Shown: positions 29,133-38,971 of the stretch, piece by piece | Layout: each line of letters begins with the position of its first letter | Numbering within the stretch: position 1 is the first letter of the stretch | Assembly: GCA_945870225.1 (NCBI GenBank) | Contig: CAMBRF010000003.1 | Coordinates: forward strand, 49,074 to 113,073 | Source: PVC group bacterium | GTDB lineage: Bacteria; Verrucomicrobiota; Kiritimatiellia; CAIKKV01; CAITUY01 | DNA length: 64,000 nt | Direction of reading: 5' to 3' | Notes under the pieces: model-generated | Databases searched by the model: none | What the model saw: only the letters and a program-made list of their open reading frames with translations | What the model was told of the DNA's origin: nothing | Position numbers and translations under genes: made by a program

Positions 29133-29711
29133 ATGGAATACATTCTTCTGATTATCAGCGCCGTACTGGTCAACAACTTCGTCCTGACCCAGTTTCTCGG
29201 CATTTGCCCCTTTCTCGGGGTATCCAAGGACTTGCACACCGCCGCCGGAATGGGCGCGGCCGTCATCTTTGTCATCACCTGCGCCTCAGCCGTGACATGG
29301 GCGCTCCAGCATCTCATCCTCGTCCCCCTGCATGCCGACTTTCTCCAGACCATTGCCTTCATTCTCGTCATCGCCACCTTTGTCCAGTTTGTTGAGCTGG
29401 TCCTGAAGAAAACAAGTCCCGCCCTGCATAAGGGGTTGGGTATTTTCCTCCCCCTGATCACCACCAACTGCGCCGTGCTTGGCGTGGCCGTGTTGAACAT
29501 CAAAAAGGACTATCCCTTTCTCAAAAGTGTGGCCTTCGGCTTTGGCGCGGCGGTCGGGTTCGCCCTGGCCCTGATCATCTTCACAGGCCTTCGCGAAAAG
29601 ATCGCCCGCTCCAATCCGCCCAAATGCTTCCAAGGCACGGCCATCGCGCTGGTAACAGCCGGGTTGCTGAGCCTGGCTTTCATGGGTTTTTCGGGTTTGG
29701 TCAAGATGTAG
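29133..29711 (+). CDS. rnfA: Rnf complex subunit A
   Basis: [34 protein letters not shown]. Confidence 0.96.
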   Translation: MEYILLIISAVLVNNFVLTQFLGICPFLGVSKDLHTAAGMGAAVIFVITCASAVTWALQHLILVPLHADFLQTIAFILVIATFVQFVELVLKKTSPALHKGLGIFLPLITTNCAVLGVAVLNIKKDYPFLKSVAFGFGAAVGFALALIIFTGLREKIARSNPPKCFQGTAIALVTAGLLSLAFMGFSGLVKM

Positions 29712-29725
29712 GATACAAGGGCACT

Positions 29726-30553
29726 ATGGACCTATTAACAGGCAACCCCATTCTGTTGCAGACCGTCATCATCGGCGGTACCGGCCTGATTTGCGCGGCG
29801 ATACTGGCCATCGCTGCCCGTTTCCTGCACGTGCACGAGGACCCCCGGATCGAGGCGGTCACAGCCCTTCTACCGGGCGTCAACTGCGGTGCCTGCGGCT
29901 ACGCGGGATGCAGTGATTACGCGAAGCATATTATTCTGGACGCCCTTCCCGTCAACCTCTGCAGCCCCGGCGGCGAGGCAACGGTCCGCAAGATCGCAGC
30001 CTTCATGGGCGTCACCGCCACCCTCACCGAGCGGCAGGTGGCCGTTATTCTCTGCAAGGGTGACGACGCCCTAGCCACCCGGACAACCCTTTACAACGGG
30101 ATTGCGGACTGCGGTGCCGCGCAACAAATCGGGGGCAACGGTAAAGCCTGCCGTTACGGCTGCATGGGGCTGGGGAGTTGTGCCCGCATCTGCCCGGTCG
30201 GCGCCATTGAACTGGTCAACGGCCTGGCGGTGGTGCATCCGGACCTGTGCATCAGTTGCGGCCGGTGCGTGGGGACCTGTCCCCGCCGCCTGATCAAGAT
30301 GGTTCCCGAAAGCCGGTTCATCCACATTCTCTGTTCCTCCCAGGATGCCGGCCCCGACGTCCGCAAGATCTGCAAGGTCGGCTGTATCGCCTGCACGCTC
30401 TGCGCGAAGGTTGTCAACGGCGTCGGGATCACCATGCGCAACAATCTGGCCGTCATGGACTACAGTGTGCCCGTCACCAATGAGGAGACGATCACCAAGT
30501 GCCCTCAACTGACCATCGTGAAACGATCGGGCACGAAAGAAGGTGCGGCATGA
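29726..30553 (+). CDS. rnfB: Rnf complex subunit B
   Basis: LPGVNCGACGYAGC, CSPGG, ferredoxin motifs CMGLGSCARICP and CISCGRCVGTCP. Confidence 0.94.
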   Translation: MDLLTGNPILLQTVIIGGTGLICAAILAIAARFLHVHEDPRIEAVTALLPGVNCGACGYAGCSDYAKHIILDALPVNLCSPGGEATVRKIAAFMGVTATLTERQVAVILCKGDDALATRTTLYNGIADCGAAQQIGGNGKACRYGCMGLGSCARICPVGAIELVNGLAVVHPDLCISCGRCVGTCPRRLIKMVPESRFIHILCSSQDAGPDVRKICKVGCIACTLCAKVVNGVGITMRNNLAVMDYSVPVTNEETITKCPQLTIVKRSGTKEGAA

Positions 30554-31917
30554 AAACACTACGCGCCCTGTTCACCCCCCGCGGCGGCATTCATCCCCGG
30601 TATTTCAAGGAGCCATCCGCCGGGCTGGCCATTGAGACCCTGCCTCTGCCCAAACTGTTCCTGGTTTCCCTGTCCCAGCACCTCGGGGCCCCGTCACGGC
30701 CTTTGGTCAAGAAAGGGGACCTCGTGCTCCGTGGCCAGCCCATCGCGGAGCCGGCCGGCTACGTTTCGGCCTGGGTCCATGCCCCCACCTCCGGGGTGGT
30801 GAAGTCGGTGGACTCACGCCTGACCGCCAACGGCCAGCTGGCTGGAGTGGTAACGATTGAGGCGGATGGACTGGACAAGGCTGTTGAAAGCGATCCGGTG
30901 AACGGCGACTGGACAACCCGGCCCGTGCGCGAACTGGTGGATGAAGTCCTGAAGGCGGGCATTGTCGGCATGGGCGGCGCCGGGTTCCCGACCCAGGTCA
31001 AGTTGCTGCCGCCGCCGGGCAAGACGATTCAGACCCTCATCGTCAATGGCGCCGAATGCGAGCCTTATCTGACCGCCGATCACCGGCTCATGCTCGAACA
31101 GGCCGACCGTATCTGGCAGGGCGTGCTGATTCTCAAGCGCATTCTGGGAGCCGGTCAGGTGCGGGTAGTGATTGAAGACAACAAGCCGGATGCCGTGGCG
31201 GCCATGGAGCAGGCCATGAAAGGAACGGACGGCGATGTGGAACTGGTGATTGTCAAAACCAAGTATCCGCAGGGCGCCGAGAAACAACTGATCTATTCCG
31301 TCACCCGGCGGGAGGTCCCGAGCGGCGGGCTTCCCATGGATGTGGGCGCCCTTGTGGAGAACGTCGGGACCGCCGCCGCCATCCAGGCCGCCATTGTGGA
31401 TCGCCGCCCGCTCACCGAACGGGTTGTCTCCGTCAGCGGCGACGCCCTCCGGACGCCCCGGAATGTGCTCGCCCGCATCGGCACACCCTTCAGCGACCTC
31501 ATCGCCTTCTGTGGCGGACTGACCGAGGCCACCGCCAAGATCCTCAATGGCGGACCGATGATGGGGATCGCCCAGAGCTCAATCACGGTGGGCATCAATA
31601 AAACCACTTCCGGCCTGCTGGCCCTGTCACAAGCCCGCGTCCCCCTCTTCACCTCCATGCCCTGCATCAGTTGCGGACGGTGCGTCACCGCCTGCCCGTC
31701 CGGGTTGCTCCCCTGTACCCTGAGCGAAAACATGGAGGCGGAGAACCTTGAGGCCGCCGAGGATCTGAACATTCTGGACTGTATTGAGTGCGGGGCCTGC
31801 GCCTTTGAATGTCCGTCGCACCGTCCCCTGGTCCAGCACATGCGCCAGGGCAAGACCAAGGTCATGCAACGCCGCAAACAGCGGGAAGCTGAGGCGAAGA
31901 AAGCAACACCCACATGA
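30550..31917 (+). CDS. rnfC: Rnf complex subunit C
   Basis: AGIVGMGGAGFPT, NGAECEPYLTAD, KYPQGAEKQL, GGPMMG, CIECGACAFECP. Confidence 0.96.
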   Translation: MKTLRALFTPRGGIHPRYFKEPSAGLAIETLPLPKLFLVSLSQHLGAPSRPLVKKGDLVLRGQPIAEPAGYVSAWVHAPTSGVVKSVDSRLTANGQLAGVVTIEADGLDKAVESDPVNGDWTTRPVRELVDEVLKAGIVGMGGAGFPTQVKLLPPPGKTIQTLIVNGAECEPYLTADHRLMLEQADRIWQGVLILKRILGAGQVRVVIEDNKPDAVAAMEQAMKGTDGDVELVIVKTKYPQGAEKQLIYSVTRREVPSGGLPMDVGALVENVGTAAAIQAAIVDRRPLTERVVSVSGDALRTPRNVLARIGTPFSDLIAFCGGLTEATAKILNGGPMMGIAQSSITVGINKTTSGLLALSQARVPLFTSMPCISCGRCVTACPSGLLPCTLSENMEAENLEAAEDLNILDCIECGACAFECPSHRPLVQHMRQGKTKVMQRRKQREAEAKKATPT

Positions 31918-32921
31918 GCGAAAATCCTTCCACCTGGGTGATCAGCCCCTCACCGCACGCCCATTCCGGGGACTCGGTCCAGCGGATCATGCTGACCGTG
32001 ATCCTGGCCCTGATGCCGGCCCTGGCGGCGTCGGTCCTCTTCTTTGGCCTCGACTCCCTCCGGTTGACGGCAACCTGTGTCGTCACCTGCATCCTGGCCG
32101 AGGCGGCCGTCCGACGGCTGATGAAACGCGACAGCGGCATTGCGGATCTCAGCGCGGTGGTAACCGGCCTGCTTCTGGCTTTTAACCTGCCGCCCACCCT
32201 GCCCACCTGGATGGCTGTTGTGGGTTCGCTCTTCGCCATTGTGATCGCCAAGCAACTTTACGGCGGCATCGGGTACAACCTTTTCAATCCCGCCCTGGTC
32301 GGACGCTGCGTGCTCCTGGTCTCCTTCCCGGTCGCCATGACCACCTGGGCCACGCCCCACTATTTCACGGGCCCGATGGATGCGGTGACTATGGCGACCC
32401 CGCTGGGGGCGTGGAAGACCGCTTGGGCATCCGGACAGGCACCGGCTGGCTTCTTCGACCTCTTCACGACAACCTCGCTACTTCTGGGCAATCGCCCGGG
32501 TTGTCTGGGGGAGACATCGGTGATCGCGCTGGTGCTGGGCGGAGTCATCCTCTTATGGCGTCGCTGCATCACGTGGCATATTCCGCTCGCCTACTTTGGC
32601 ACCGTCGCCGTAATGGCATTCGGTTTCCATAAACTGGACCCCGTCCATAATCTGCCGCCGGTCTATCACCTCTTGAGCGGGGGTCTTTTTCTGGGGGCGA
32701 TCTTCATGGCGACCGATATGGTCACCACCCCGGTCACCCGGTCCGGCATGTTCATCTTCGGTGCGGGCTGCGGACTAATCACCATGCTGATCCGCAAATG
32801 GGGCGGGTATCCGGAGGGGGTCAGCTTTGCCATTCTCATCATGAATTCACTCACTCCGCTGATCAACCGTTTTACCCGTCCTCGGGTATTCGGGCATGTG
32901 CGCAAGGAGACCCCGGCATGA
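31914..32921 (+). CDS. rnfD: Rnf complex subunit D
   Basis: SPSPH, KQLYGGIGYNLFNPA, FMN-attachment-like MATPL, FMATDMVT, YPEGVSFAIL. Confidence 0.96.
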   Translation: MSENPSTWVISPSPHAHSGDSVQRIMLTVILALMPALAASVLFFGLDSLRLTATCVVTCILAEAAVRRLMKRDSGIADLSAVVTGLLLAFNLPPTLPTWMAVVGSLFAIVIAKQLYGGIGYNLFNPALVGRCVLLVSFPVAMTTWATPHYFTGPMDAVTMATPLGAWKTAWASGQAPAGFFDLFTTTSLLLGNRPGCLGETSVIALVLGGVILLWRRCITWHIPLAYFGTVAVMAFGFHKLDPVHNLPPVYHLLSGGLFLGAIFMATDMVTTPVTRSGMFIFGAGCGLITMLIRKWGGYPEGVSFAILIMNSLTPLINRFTRPRVFGHVRKETPA

Positions 32922-33496
32922 AGGATATTCTTCGTTTGATCATCGCGCTCACCGTGATCAGTTCCGCGGCTGGCATCATTCTGGCCGTGACCAACAAGGT
33001 GACGACCGCCCCGATCACAACGGCGGCCCAGAAGGAAACGGTAGAGGCCCTTGCCGCCGTCCTGCCGCCGTTCGATAACGATCCCAACACGTGCGCCGCC
33101 ACATTCACCGAGAACGGCCAAACCTGGACTTTTCATGTGGGCCGCAAGGCCGGAGTCTTCACGGGTGCCGCCTTCGAAGCAATCGCCCCCAATGGATACG
33201 GCGGAGAGATCAGGATGATGATCGGGATCACCGCCTCCAATGAAATACAGCGGATCAAGATTCTCGCCCAAAAGGAAACCCCGGGCCTCGGCACCAAGAT
33301 AGCGGAAGCGCCGTTCATCTCCCAATTCGACGGTAAGCGCATCCAGAGCACCGTCTGGGCGGTTAAAAAGGACCAGGGCGACTTCGATGCCGTCACCGGA
33401 GCCACCATCTCGTCACGGGCGGTTCTGGGGGCCGTCAAAGCCGGGCTGGACGTCTACGGCAAGCATGCCGGGGAAATCGCTCGAACAGGGGAATAA
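32918..33496 (+). CDS. rnfG: Rnf complex subunit G
   Basis: N-terminal TM, GYGG, ETPGLG, DAVTGATISS. Confidence 0.95.
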   Translation: MKDILRLIIALTVISSAAGIILAVTNKVTTAPITTAAQKETVEALAAVLPPFDNDPNTCAATFTENGQTWTFHVGRKAGVFTGAAFEAIAPNGYGGEIRMMIGITASNEIQRIKILAQKETPGLGTKIAEAPFISQFDGKRIQSTVWAVKKDQGDFDAVTGATISSRAVLGAVKAGLDVYGKHAGEIARTGE

Positions 33497-33498
33497 CC

Positions 33499-34203
33499 AT
33501 GGGATTTATCAAAGAGCTTAAAAAGGGATTATGGGATGAGATCCCGGTGTTTCGCGTGGTTCTGGGCATGTGCCCCACCCTGGCGGTGACAACCTCGCTG
33601 ATGAACGGCATCGGGATGGGGATCGCGGCCACCTTTGTTCTGATTTGCTCGAATGTCATGGTGGCGGCCCTGCGTAACGTCATTCCCGACAAGGTTCGCA
33701 TTCCGGCCTTTATCGTTATTGCCGCCACCTTTACAACCGTCACGGACCTCGGAATGAACGGATTCGCCCACGAACTGCATCGGAACCTGGGGATTTTCAT
33801 TCCTTTGATCGTGGTGAATTGCATCATTCTGGGTCGGGCGGAAGCTTTTGCCGCGAAAAACACCGTGTGGCTGTCGCTCGCCGACGCCATTGGGATGGGG
33901 ATAGGATTTACCATCGCACTCATGGTGCTCGGCAGTATCCGTGAAGTCATTGGCAACGGCACGCTGACGCTTTGGACGGGAATCGCGTGGAACGTCCCCG
34001 GAATGCATCCCATGCTGCTGTTGATTCTGGCCCCCGGCGGCTTTGTCACGCTGGGCCTTGTGCTGGCCCTCATGAACCGGATCGAAATGAAGCTTGCCGC
34101 CGGCAAAGGCAAAGCCTACAGCCCGCCACTGGAACTGGATTGCCGCCATTGCGTCATCTGCAAGTGGGGATCACCGACAACAAGCAAGACTGACGCTCTA
34201 TAG
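33499..34203 (+). CDS. rnfE: Rnf complex subunit E
   Basis: LGMCPTLAVT, VRIP, IPLIVVNCIILGRAEAFA, LAPGGF. Confidence 0.96.
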   Translation: MGFIKELKKGLWDEIPVFRVVLGMCPTLAVTTSLMNGIGMGIAATFVLICSNVMVAALRNVIPDKVRIPAFIVIAATFTTVTDLGMNGFAHELHRNLGIFIPLIVVNCIILGRAEAFAAKNTVWLSLADAIGMGIGFTIALMVLGSIREVIGNGTLTLWTGIAWNVPGMHPMLLLILAPGGFVTLGLVLALMNRIEMKLAAGKGKAYSPPLELDCRHCVICKWGSPTTSKTDAL

Positions 34204-34252
34204 GGAGGGAACGCATGATGTGCGCCGCGGACGGCGACACGCCGTCCCTCCC
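34203..34252. repeat. REP-like palindromic element after rnfE
   Basis: GGGAGGGA...TCCCTCCC inverted ends; perfect hairpin GGACGGCG-ACA-CGCCGTCC (34229-34247). Confidence 0.6.
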
Positions 34253-34272
34253 AAAGACTGGCAAATCCAATC

Positions 34273-34623
34273 ATGGCCTCACTTTATCATAATGGCGCGC
34301 AGCTCATTCCTGATCTGGTCGTGGCGCAACGTTTCCACGAGCGACTGTTGGGTCTGATGGGGCGCGCTCCCCTTGGCCCCGGCCGGGGCCTTCATCTTCA
34401 CCGTTGCCGCGCCATCCACACCTGCTTCATGCGCTTCCCCCTGGAAGTGATCTTTCTGGATGCCCGGAACGTTGTGGTGCGCAGGTTGCGTTATGTCCGC
34501 CCGTGGAGCCTGGCTTGGGGTGGCCGTCAGGCGGCCAGTGTGATCGAATTGGAAGCGGGCTGGCTGACCCCGGATGCCGTCGCGGCCGGGGACCGGCTTA
34601 CTTTTTCTCTCCAGCCACAATAG
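34273..34623 (+). CDS. DUF192 family protein
   Basis: ERLLGLMGR, AIHTCFMRFPLEVIFLD, VIELEAG, GDRL. Confidence 0.88.
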   Translation: MASLYHNGAQLIPDLVVAQRFHERLLGLMGRAPLGPGRGLHLHRCRAIHTCFMRFPLEVIFLDARNVVVRRLRYVRPWSLAWGGRQAASVIELEAGWLTPDAVAAGDRLTFSLQPQ

Positions 34624-35914
34624 GCTCGACCGCGAGAATATCAATCGCCTTGACGGTCCTGAAGATGCCCGGTTTGGTTTCGATTTCAATATCACCCTCA
34701 GGAAGTTTGCGGCTCAGGCATCCCACCAGAACCTCCTTGGAATGCAGCCGCAGGGTTGTATCGGGAACAAAATGACGGCGCATCGCTTCGCGCAGGACCG
34801 CCGTTTCGCCACGCTTGATGCTGACGATCCGCTCAATCACATTGAAACCCTTCTTGGAGAGCACCACCTTGTGTTCCCCCACCGGCAGGTCCATCCGTAA
34901 AGGCTCAACAGGCTTCCCCGCACTGTCGGGCATGGTTCCTTTGTCTTTTCCGTCCACCATGACTTGCGCGCCGGCCTGATCCGTCATCACTTCCAACGTC
35001 CCGACAAGCTGCACCAGTTGGAATTCTTCAGCCCGGCTGTCCTGCTGTTTCAGTTCGATCGTACGGCTTTCCGCCTCATACCCGGGACTCTCCACCCGCA
35101 CGGAGTAGGTTCCCGGAAGGATCGCTTCAAGGCGCAGGGGCGTCTGCCCTGACAGTTTATCATCCACAAAAACCCGGGCGCCCGCCGGGGTGGAAAGAAT
35201 GGACAACGCCGCAGGCAACGGAGACAGGGTGACATCGATCTTTTGCTCGTCGCCGACCTGCAACTTGACTTTCTGGACAAAAAGAGCGTGCCCCGCCAAG
35301 CTGAGCGAAACCGTATTCTCGCCGGCGGTAAGACGATCCACGACGCAAGGGGTCACTCCTTTCGTCAAACCGTTTACCACCACGGAGGCGCCCGCCGGGG
35401 AGGAATGCACCACCAGTTTCGCGGAATCGGAGACCAAATCCACGGAAACTAGCTGCGGCGTCCTGTTCTCGACCGTCACCTCGACGCTCTTGGACACAAA
35501 ACCGGCGGCACTGACGGAAAGGCGATACTTGCCGACCGGCAAATCCGTCAGGAGCAGTGGGGTTTTCCCCCGATCCATGCCCTCCACCTGAAGCTCCGCT
35601 CCGTCCGGTGTGGACCGCACCAGAATCAACCCCTGAACGGGCTCCAGTTTGATTTCCAAGGCCGCTTTCTGGTTCGCGGAGAGCGTTACGGTGCGCCGGG
35701 CATCGAGGAATCCCGGCTTCTTAAGCAACACAAGATGGTCGCCGAGGCTGAGATCCTGCAGGGTTAGGGGTGTAACGTTGCGCAGCACCCCGTCACATGT
35801 AACCATGGCACCCTCAGGAAGGGTCGAAATCCGCAATTGGGCCGTCGGCGTTTGAGCCCCTGCCCACCCCGCCCAAGCCACCAGCAATCCGATTATGCCC
35901 GCGATTGTTTTCAC
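34598..35914 (-). CDS. Exported multi-PEGA-domain protein
   Basis: Signal peptide; about 5 repeats of L.I.S.P.GA.V.VDG...G.TP...L..G.H.V...GF. Confidence 0.9.
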   Translation of the reverse strand: MKTIAGIIGLLVAWAGWAGAQTPTAQLRISTLPEGAMVTCDGVLRNVTPLTLQDLSLGDHLVLLKKPGFLDARRTVTLSANQKAALEIKLEPVQGLILVRSTPDGAELQVEGMDRGKTPLLLTDLPVGKYRLSVSAAGFVSKSVEVTVENRTPQLVSVDLVSDSAKLVVHSSPAGASVVVNGLTKGVTPCVVDRLTAGENTVSLSLAGHALFVQKVKLQVGDEQKIDVTLSPLPAALSILSTPAGARVFVDDKLSGQTPLRLEAILPGTYSVRVESPGYEAESRTIELKQQDSRAEEFQLVQLVGTLEVMTDQAGAQVMVDGKDKGTMPDSAGKPVEPLRMDLPVGEHKVVLSKKGFNVIERIVSIKRGETAVLREAMRRHFVPDTTLRLHSKEVLVGCLSRKLPEGDIEIETKPGIFRTVKAIDILAVEPIVAGEKK

Positions 35915-35920
35915 AAAAAT

Positions 35921-37255
35921 CTACTTTTCTGTCGCCAGATGCCGCTCGACATCCACCAATTTCTTGTAAGCGTTACGGTTCCGGTCATCAGACCGGTCGG
36001 GAATGGACTCGCTGACAATCCGTAAATACCGGGCCGCCTCTTTCCAGTCGCGCAATTTAACCGCCCGTTCCGCCATAAACCAGACATCATCGTAGCGTCG
36101 CTGAAGGTCCCGCTCGCAATCGGTCTTGCGGCTCAACACCTCGCCGTAAAAATCGGGTTTGGGTTCAATCGTCTCGAGATACCACTCTGACTCGGTAAGG
36201 GCTCGGATGGCGGAGTACAGGTTCCCATGGCTGACCTCACGTTCGTCATAGAGCTTCTGACCCAGCAGCAATGCCTGCCGGGCGCGGTTTATGAGTTCAG
36301 TCGGCTCGATGGCCAGCGCGGCCAATCCCAGCTCATTTTTACCGAACTCCTCGATGGCCGTGCGGGCATTCACCAACCCCTCGGGCTCAATATGGTTCAG
36401 CACCTTGACCCGGTGCGTTCGCGCGGCGAGCGTCATCGTAATGTCGGTCGTCTCATGCACGCCTGGGGCCATGCCGGAATAATCCCCGGACAAGTCAAAA
36501 AAGCCGGTTGCCTCGATCGCCCGGCCCAGGTCCGCGATCAATTCCGGTGCGACGTTCTTTTCCCGGCGCACATGCCGATCGCGCAACAGGTCATCGACCT
36601 GTACATTCAACCGGCCGCCGGAAATCTCCAGCACATAGCGGAAGATATTCGAAGCCGAGCCCTCGACGCGTTCAAAGGAGATTTCGATTTCCGGCAGCTC
36701 AGCCTGTACCGGCGGCGGAGCGGGTGGCGTAGTATAGGCCTTCACTTTCTCAACCAGTTTGGGAAGCCAGGCTAGCAGAACCACCAGGATCATCCCCAGC
36801 GCCAGCCATAGCAGGCGCCGCCGGGCCGCAGGTATGGCCGCCTTATCCGCACCGGGCTTGCTGAGCCCGAGATCGACGGCGGGCACGCCCGCACCTGGCC
36901 CGTCCTTCCCGGTCGGCGGGAGGGCAGCGTCCGGACTGGAGGCGGGTTCGGCATCCAGATCGACAACAACGCGCAGCATGGTTTCCCCGAGGACAATCTC
37001 GTCGCCGGCCCGGACGCGTTGTTCCTGGACTTCGCGACCGTTGACCAGTGTTCCGTTGGCGCTGCCCAGGTCCGACAGCCAGAGGCCATCGCCCGGCTTG
37101 AAGAACAAACGGCAATGAAAGCGGGACAGAGCGGCATCGTCGATGGAGATGTCATTCCGCGAGGATCGACCGATCCGCACTCCCTCAACGGAGACGGTGA
37201 TCTCCCGCCCTTTGAACGGTCCGCGTTCGACAATAAGATGCACGTGCTTGGCCAT
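35921..37255 (-). CDS. FHA-domain membrane protein (N-terminal FHA, one TM, extracytoplasmic domain with helical C-terminus)
   Basis: Canonical FHA: IGR, SRFH, DLGSANGTLVNG; TM RRRLLWLALGMILVVLLAWLP. Confidence 0.88.
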   Translation of the reverse strand: MAKHVHLIVERGPFKGREITVSVEGVRIGRSSRNDISIDDAALSRFHCRLFFKPGDGLWLSDLGSANGTLVNGREVQEQRVRAGDEIVLGETMLRVVVDLDAEPASSPDAALPPTGKDGPGAGVPAVDLGLSKPGADKAAIPAARRRLLWLALGMILVVLLAWLPKLVEKVKAYTTPPAPPPVQAELPEIEISFERVEGSASNIFRYVLEISGGRLNVQVDDLLRDRHVRREKNVAPELIADLGRAIEATGFFDLSGDYSGMAPGVHETTDITMTLAARTHRVKVLNHIEPEGLVNARTAIEEFGKNELGLAALAIEPTELINRARQALLLGQKLYDEREVSHGNLYSAIRALTESEWYLETIEPKPDFYGEVLSRKTDCERDLQRRYDDVWFMAERAVKLRDWKEAARYLRIVSESIPDRSDDRNRNAYKKLVDVERHLATEK

Positions 37256-37282
37256 ACCTAGCAGTCTGAAAAGATTTACCGC

Positions 37283-37311
37283 AGCATAGGAACCGCACCC
37301 CACCCTGTCAA
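37283..37311 (-). promoter_or_regulatory. Sigma70 promoter for FHA-PEGA unit
   Basis: TTGACA-N17-TATGCT, 27 nt upstream of ATG 37255. Confidence 0.7.
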
Positions 37312-37360
37312 CACCGGAGCCAAGGCCAAAGCATCAAAAAGATGTGGCAGACCGGGGGGT

Positions 37361-37385
37361 GAAAGGATTAACAGGGTGTTCAGAA
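37361..37385 (+). repeat. Dispersed intergenic repeat, copy 1
   Basis: gaaaggattaacagggtgttcagaa matches the reverse complement of 48301-48325 at 21/25. Confidence 0.55.
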
Positions 37386-37652
37386 CGGCGGGACAGGATA
37401 CAGGTTGAAGGCTGTTAGACTGTGAACCCAAACCGGCCATTCCAACCGCAGGTGACGCGGATGACACTGATAAATAACGCTCATCCGTCCCATCCTCGCT
37501 ATCCGCGGTCCAGATGACGATTCTTTTGCGATGGCCTCCAGCCTAATAGCTTCAGCCTCCGCATCTCCGTGTGATGCCAGTGACCAATATTGACAAGCTT
37601 TAGCAAGACATCGGCAGCAATAGGTTAGCTGCCCCTCCGAAACCTGAGCCGC

Positions 37653-38690
37653 CTATTTGAGAGGCGCTGTGACGATGCCGCGCTTTTTCTCGCGGATTGA
37701 GCTGATCACGGCGACCGTGATCAGAATCGCTCCACTCAGGCCGGTGATCCACTCAGGGATGCGCATGCCGGGCAGGGCGCCGATCAACATCATGCCAGCC
37801 AAGGCACCGATCGCCCACATGGCCCCGTGCTCCAGATACTGGAGCTGGTCCAAGGTGCCCTTTTCCACCATGTAGATGGTCAGCGAGCGCACGAACATGG
37901 CGCCGATGGCCAGCCCGATCATGATCACCAGCACATTTTTGCTCAGGGCAAAAGCACCGACGACGCCATCGAGGGAGAAGGAGGCATCGAGCACTTCCAG
38001 ATAAATGAAGCCGCCTAGGCCGGCACGCATGGCACTCTTGGCAACGGAGGCCCCGCCAGCCGCTGAACCCGTATTGGCGGCAAGGGATTTGATGCCATCG
38101 AGCAACAGAAAACCGATCACACCGATGGCTCCGGCCACAAGACAGGTGAATTTCTTTTCTACGGGCACATAACTGACATAGACCAGCAGGCAACAAAGAG
38201 CCACTACCACCTCCACGGTGTCCAACTTGCCAGCCTTACACAACCGGCTCTCAATCGGCTTCAGCCAGTGGATGTTGCGCTCGTGATCGAAGATGAACTG
38301 CAGAAAGACCAACAAAAGAAACATGCCCCCGAAGGAGGCAATACTCAGCTCGCAGGCATGCAATGCCTGACCATACTCCTCCGGCCGGTTCAGCGCCATG
38401 TCCACCGTCGCCGTTAGTTTGGATCCCAATGCCATCGCCACAATCCAGATCGGCAGTATCAGACGCATGCCGAACACCGCAATCAGCATTCCCAGCGTCA
38501 GAAACATCTTCCGCCAGAATTGATCCATGTTCTTCAGCACGGCTGCATTGACCACTGCGTTGTCCAGCGAAATGCTCACTTCCATGACGGCCAGTACGAC
38601 GCAGATGAAAAAGGGCTCCCATCCGCCTTTATAGAAAACAATACCCAATCCAAGAACCGTCACCAGTATAGAACCCAAAAAATTGCGCAT
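37653..38690 (-). CDS. DUF475 (TerC-like) integral membrane protein
   Basis: EVSISLDNAVVNA, AVFGMRL, YLEVLDASFSLDGVVGAFA, GAMFVRSLT, YLEHGAMWAI; GGAGG RBS. Confidence 0.92.
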   Translation of the reverse strand: MRNFLGSILVTVLGLGIVFYKGGWEPFFICVVLAVMEVSISLDNAVVNAAVLKNMDQFWRKMFLTLGMLIAVFGMRLILPIWIVAMALGSKLTATVDMALNRPEEYGQALHACELSIASFGGMFLLLVFLQFIFDHERNIHWLKPIESRLCKAGKLDTVEVVVALCCLLVYVSYVPVEKKFTCLVAGAIGVIGFLLLDGIKSLAANTGSAAGGASVAKSAMRAGLGGFIYLEVLDASFSLDGVVGAFALSKNVLVIMIGLAIGAMFVRSLTIYMVEKGTLDQLQYLEHGAMWAIGALAGMMLIGALPGMRIPEWITGLSGAILITVAVISSIREKKRGIVTAPLK

Positions 38691-38971
38691 ATGGCGTATT
38701 ATCCTCCACGTCCTCCGGCCCTTAGTTCGGGTATTAGGGCTGTTCGGATTCTGTCTTTAGATCGTCCTCAATACCATTTACCGGCCAGGCAAGTCGACGA
38801 TCATTCTCCAGTTCGTCCGCTCGATCACCGAAGCGCGCCGGTGACAGCACGATCCACCTCAAGAACAGTCCATTGGGGAAAGGAAAGGCAGAAAGGCCGA
38901 GGGGCCACGTGAGCCGCGTTGGCTACGTAACCTCACGCGGCGGTCACCCCGGCTCCAGAAGATCTCCCCCT

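Noticed and set aside
37380-37652. 90 sense codons in frame after the DUF475 TAG stop, suggesting amber read-through
   Set aside because: DUF475 already ends at a normal length, the extension has atypical codon usage and no motif, and no pyl genes are visible; probably chance.
38691-38971. Possible yybP-ykoY (Mn2+) riboswitch upstream of the TerC-like gene
   Set aside because: Context fits but I could not find the conserved GGGGAGUAG core; only a generic GCCGCGT/ACGCGGC hairpin is present. An Rfam scan would settle it.
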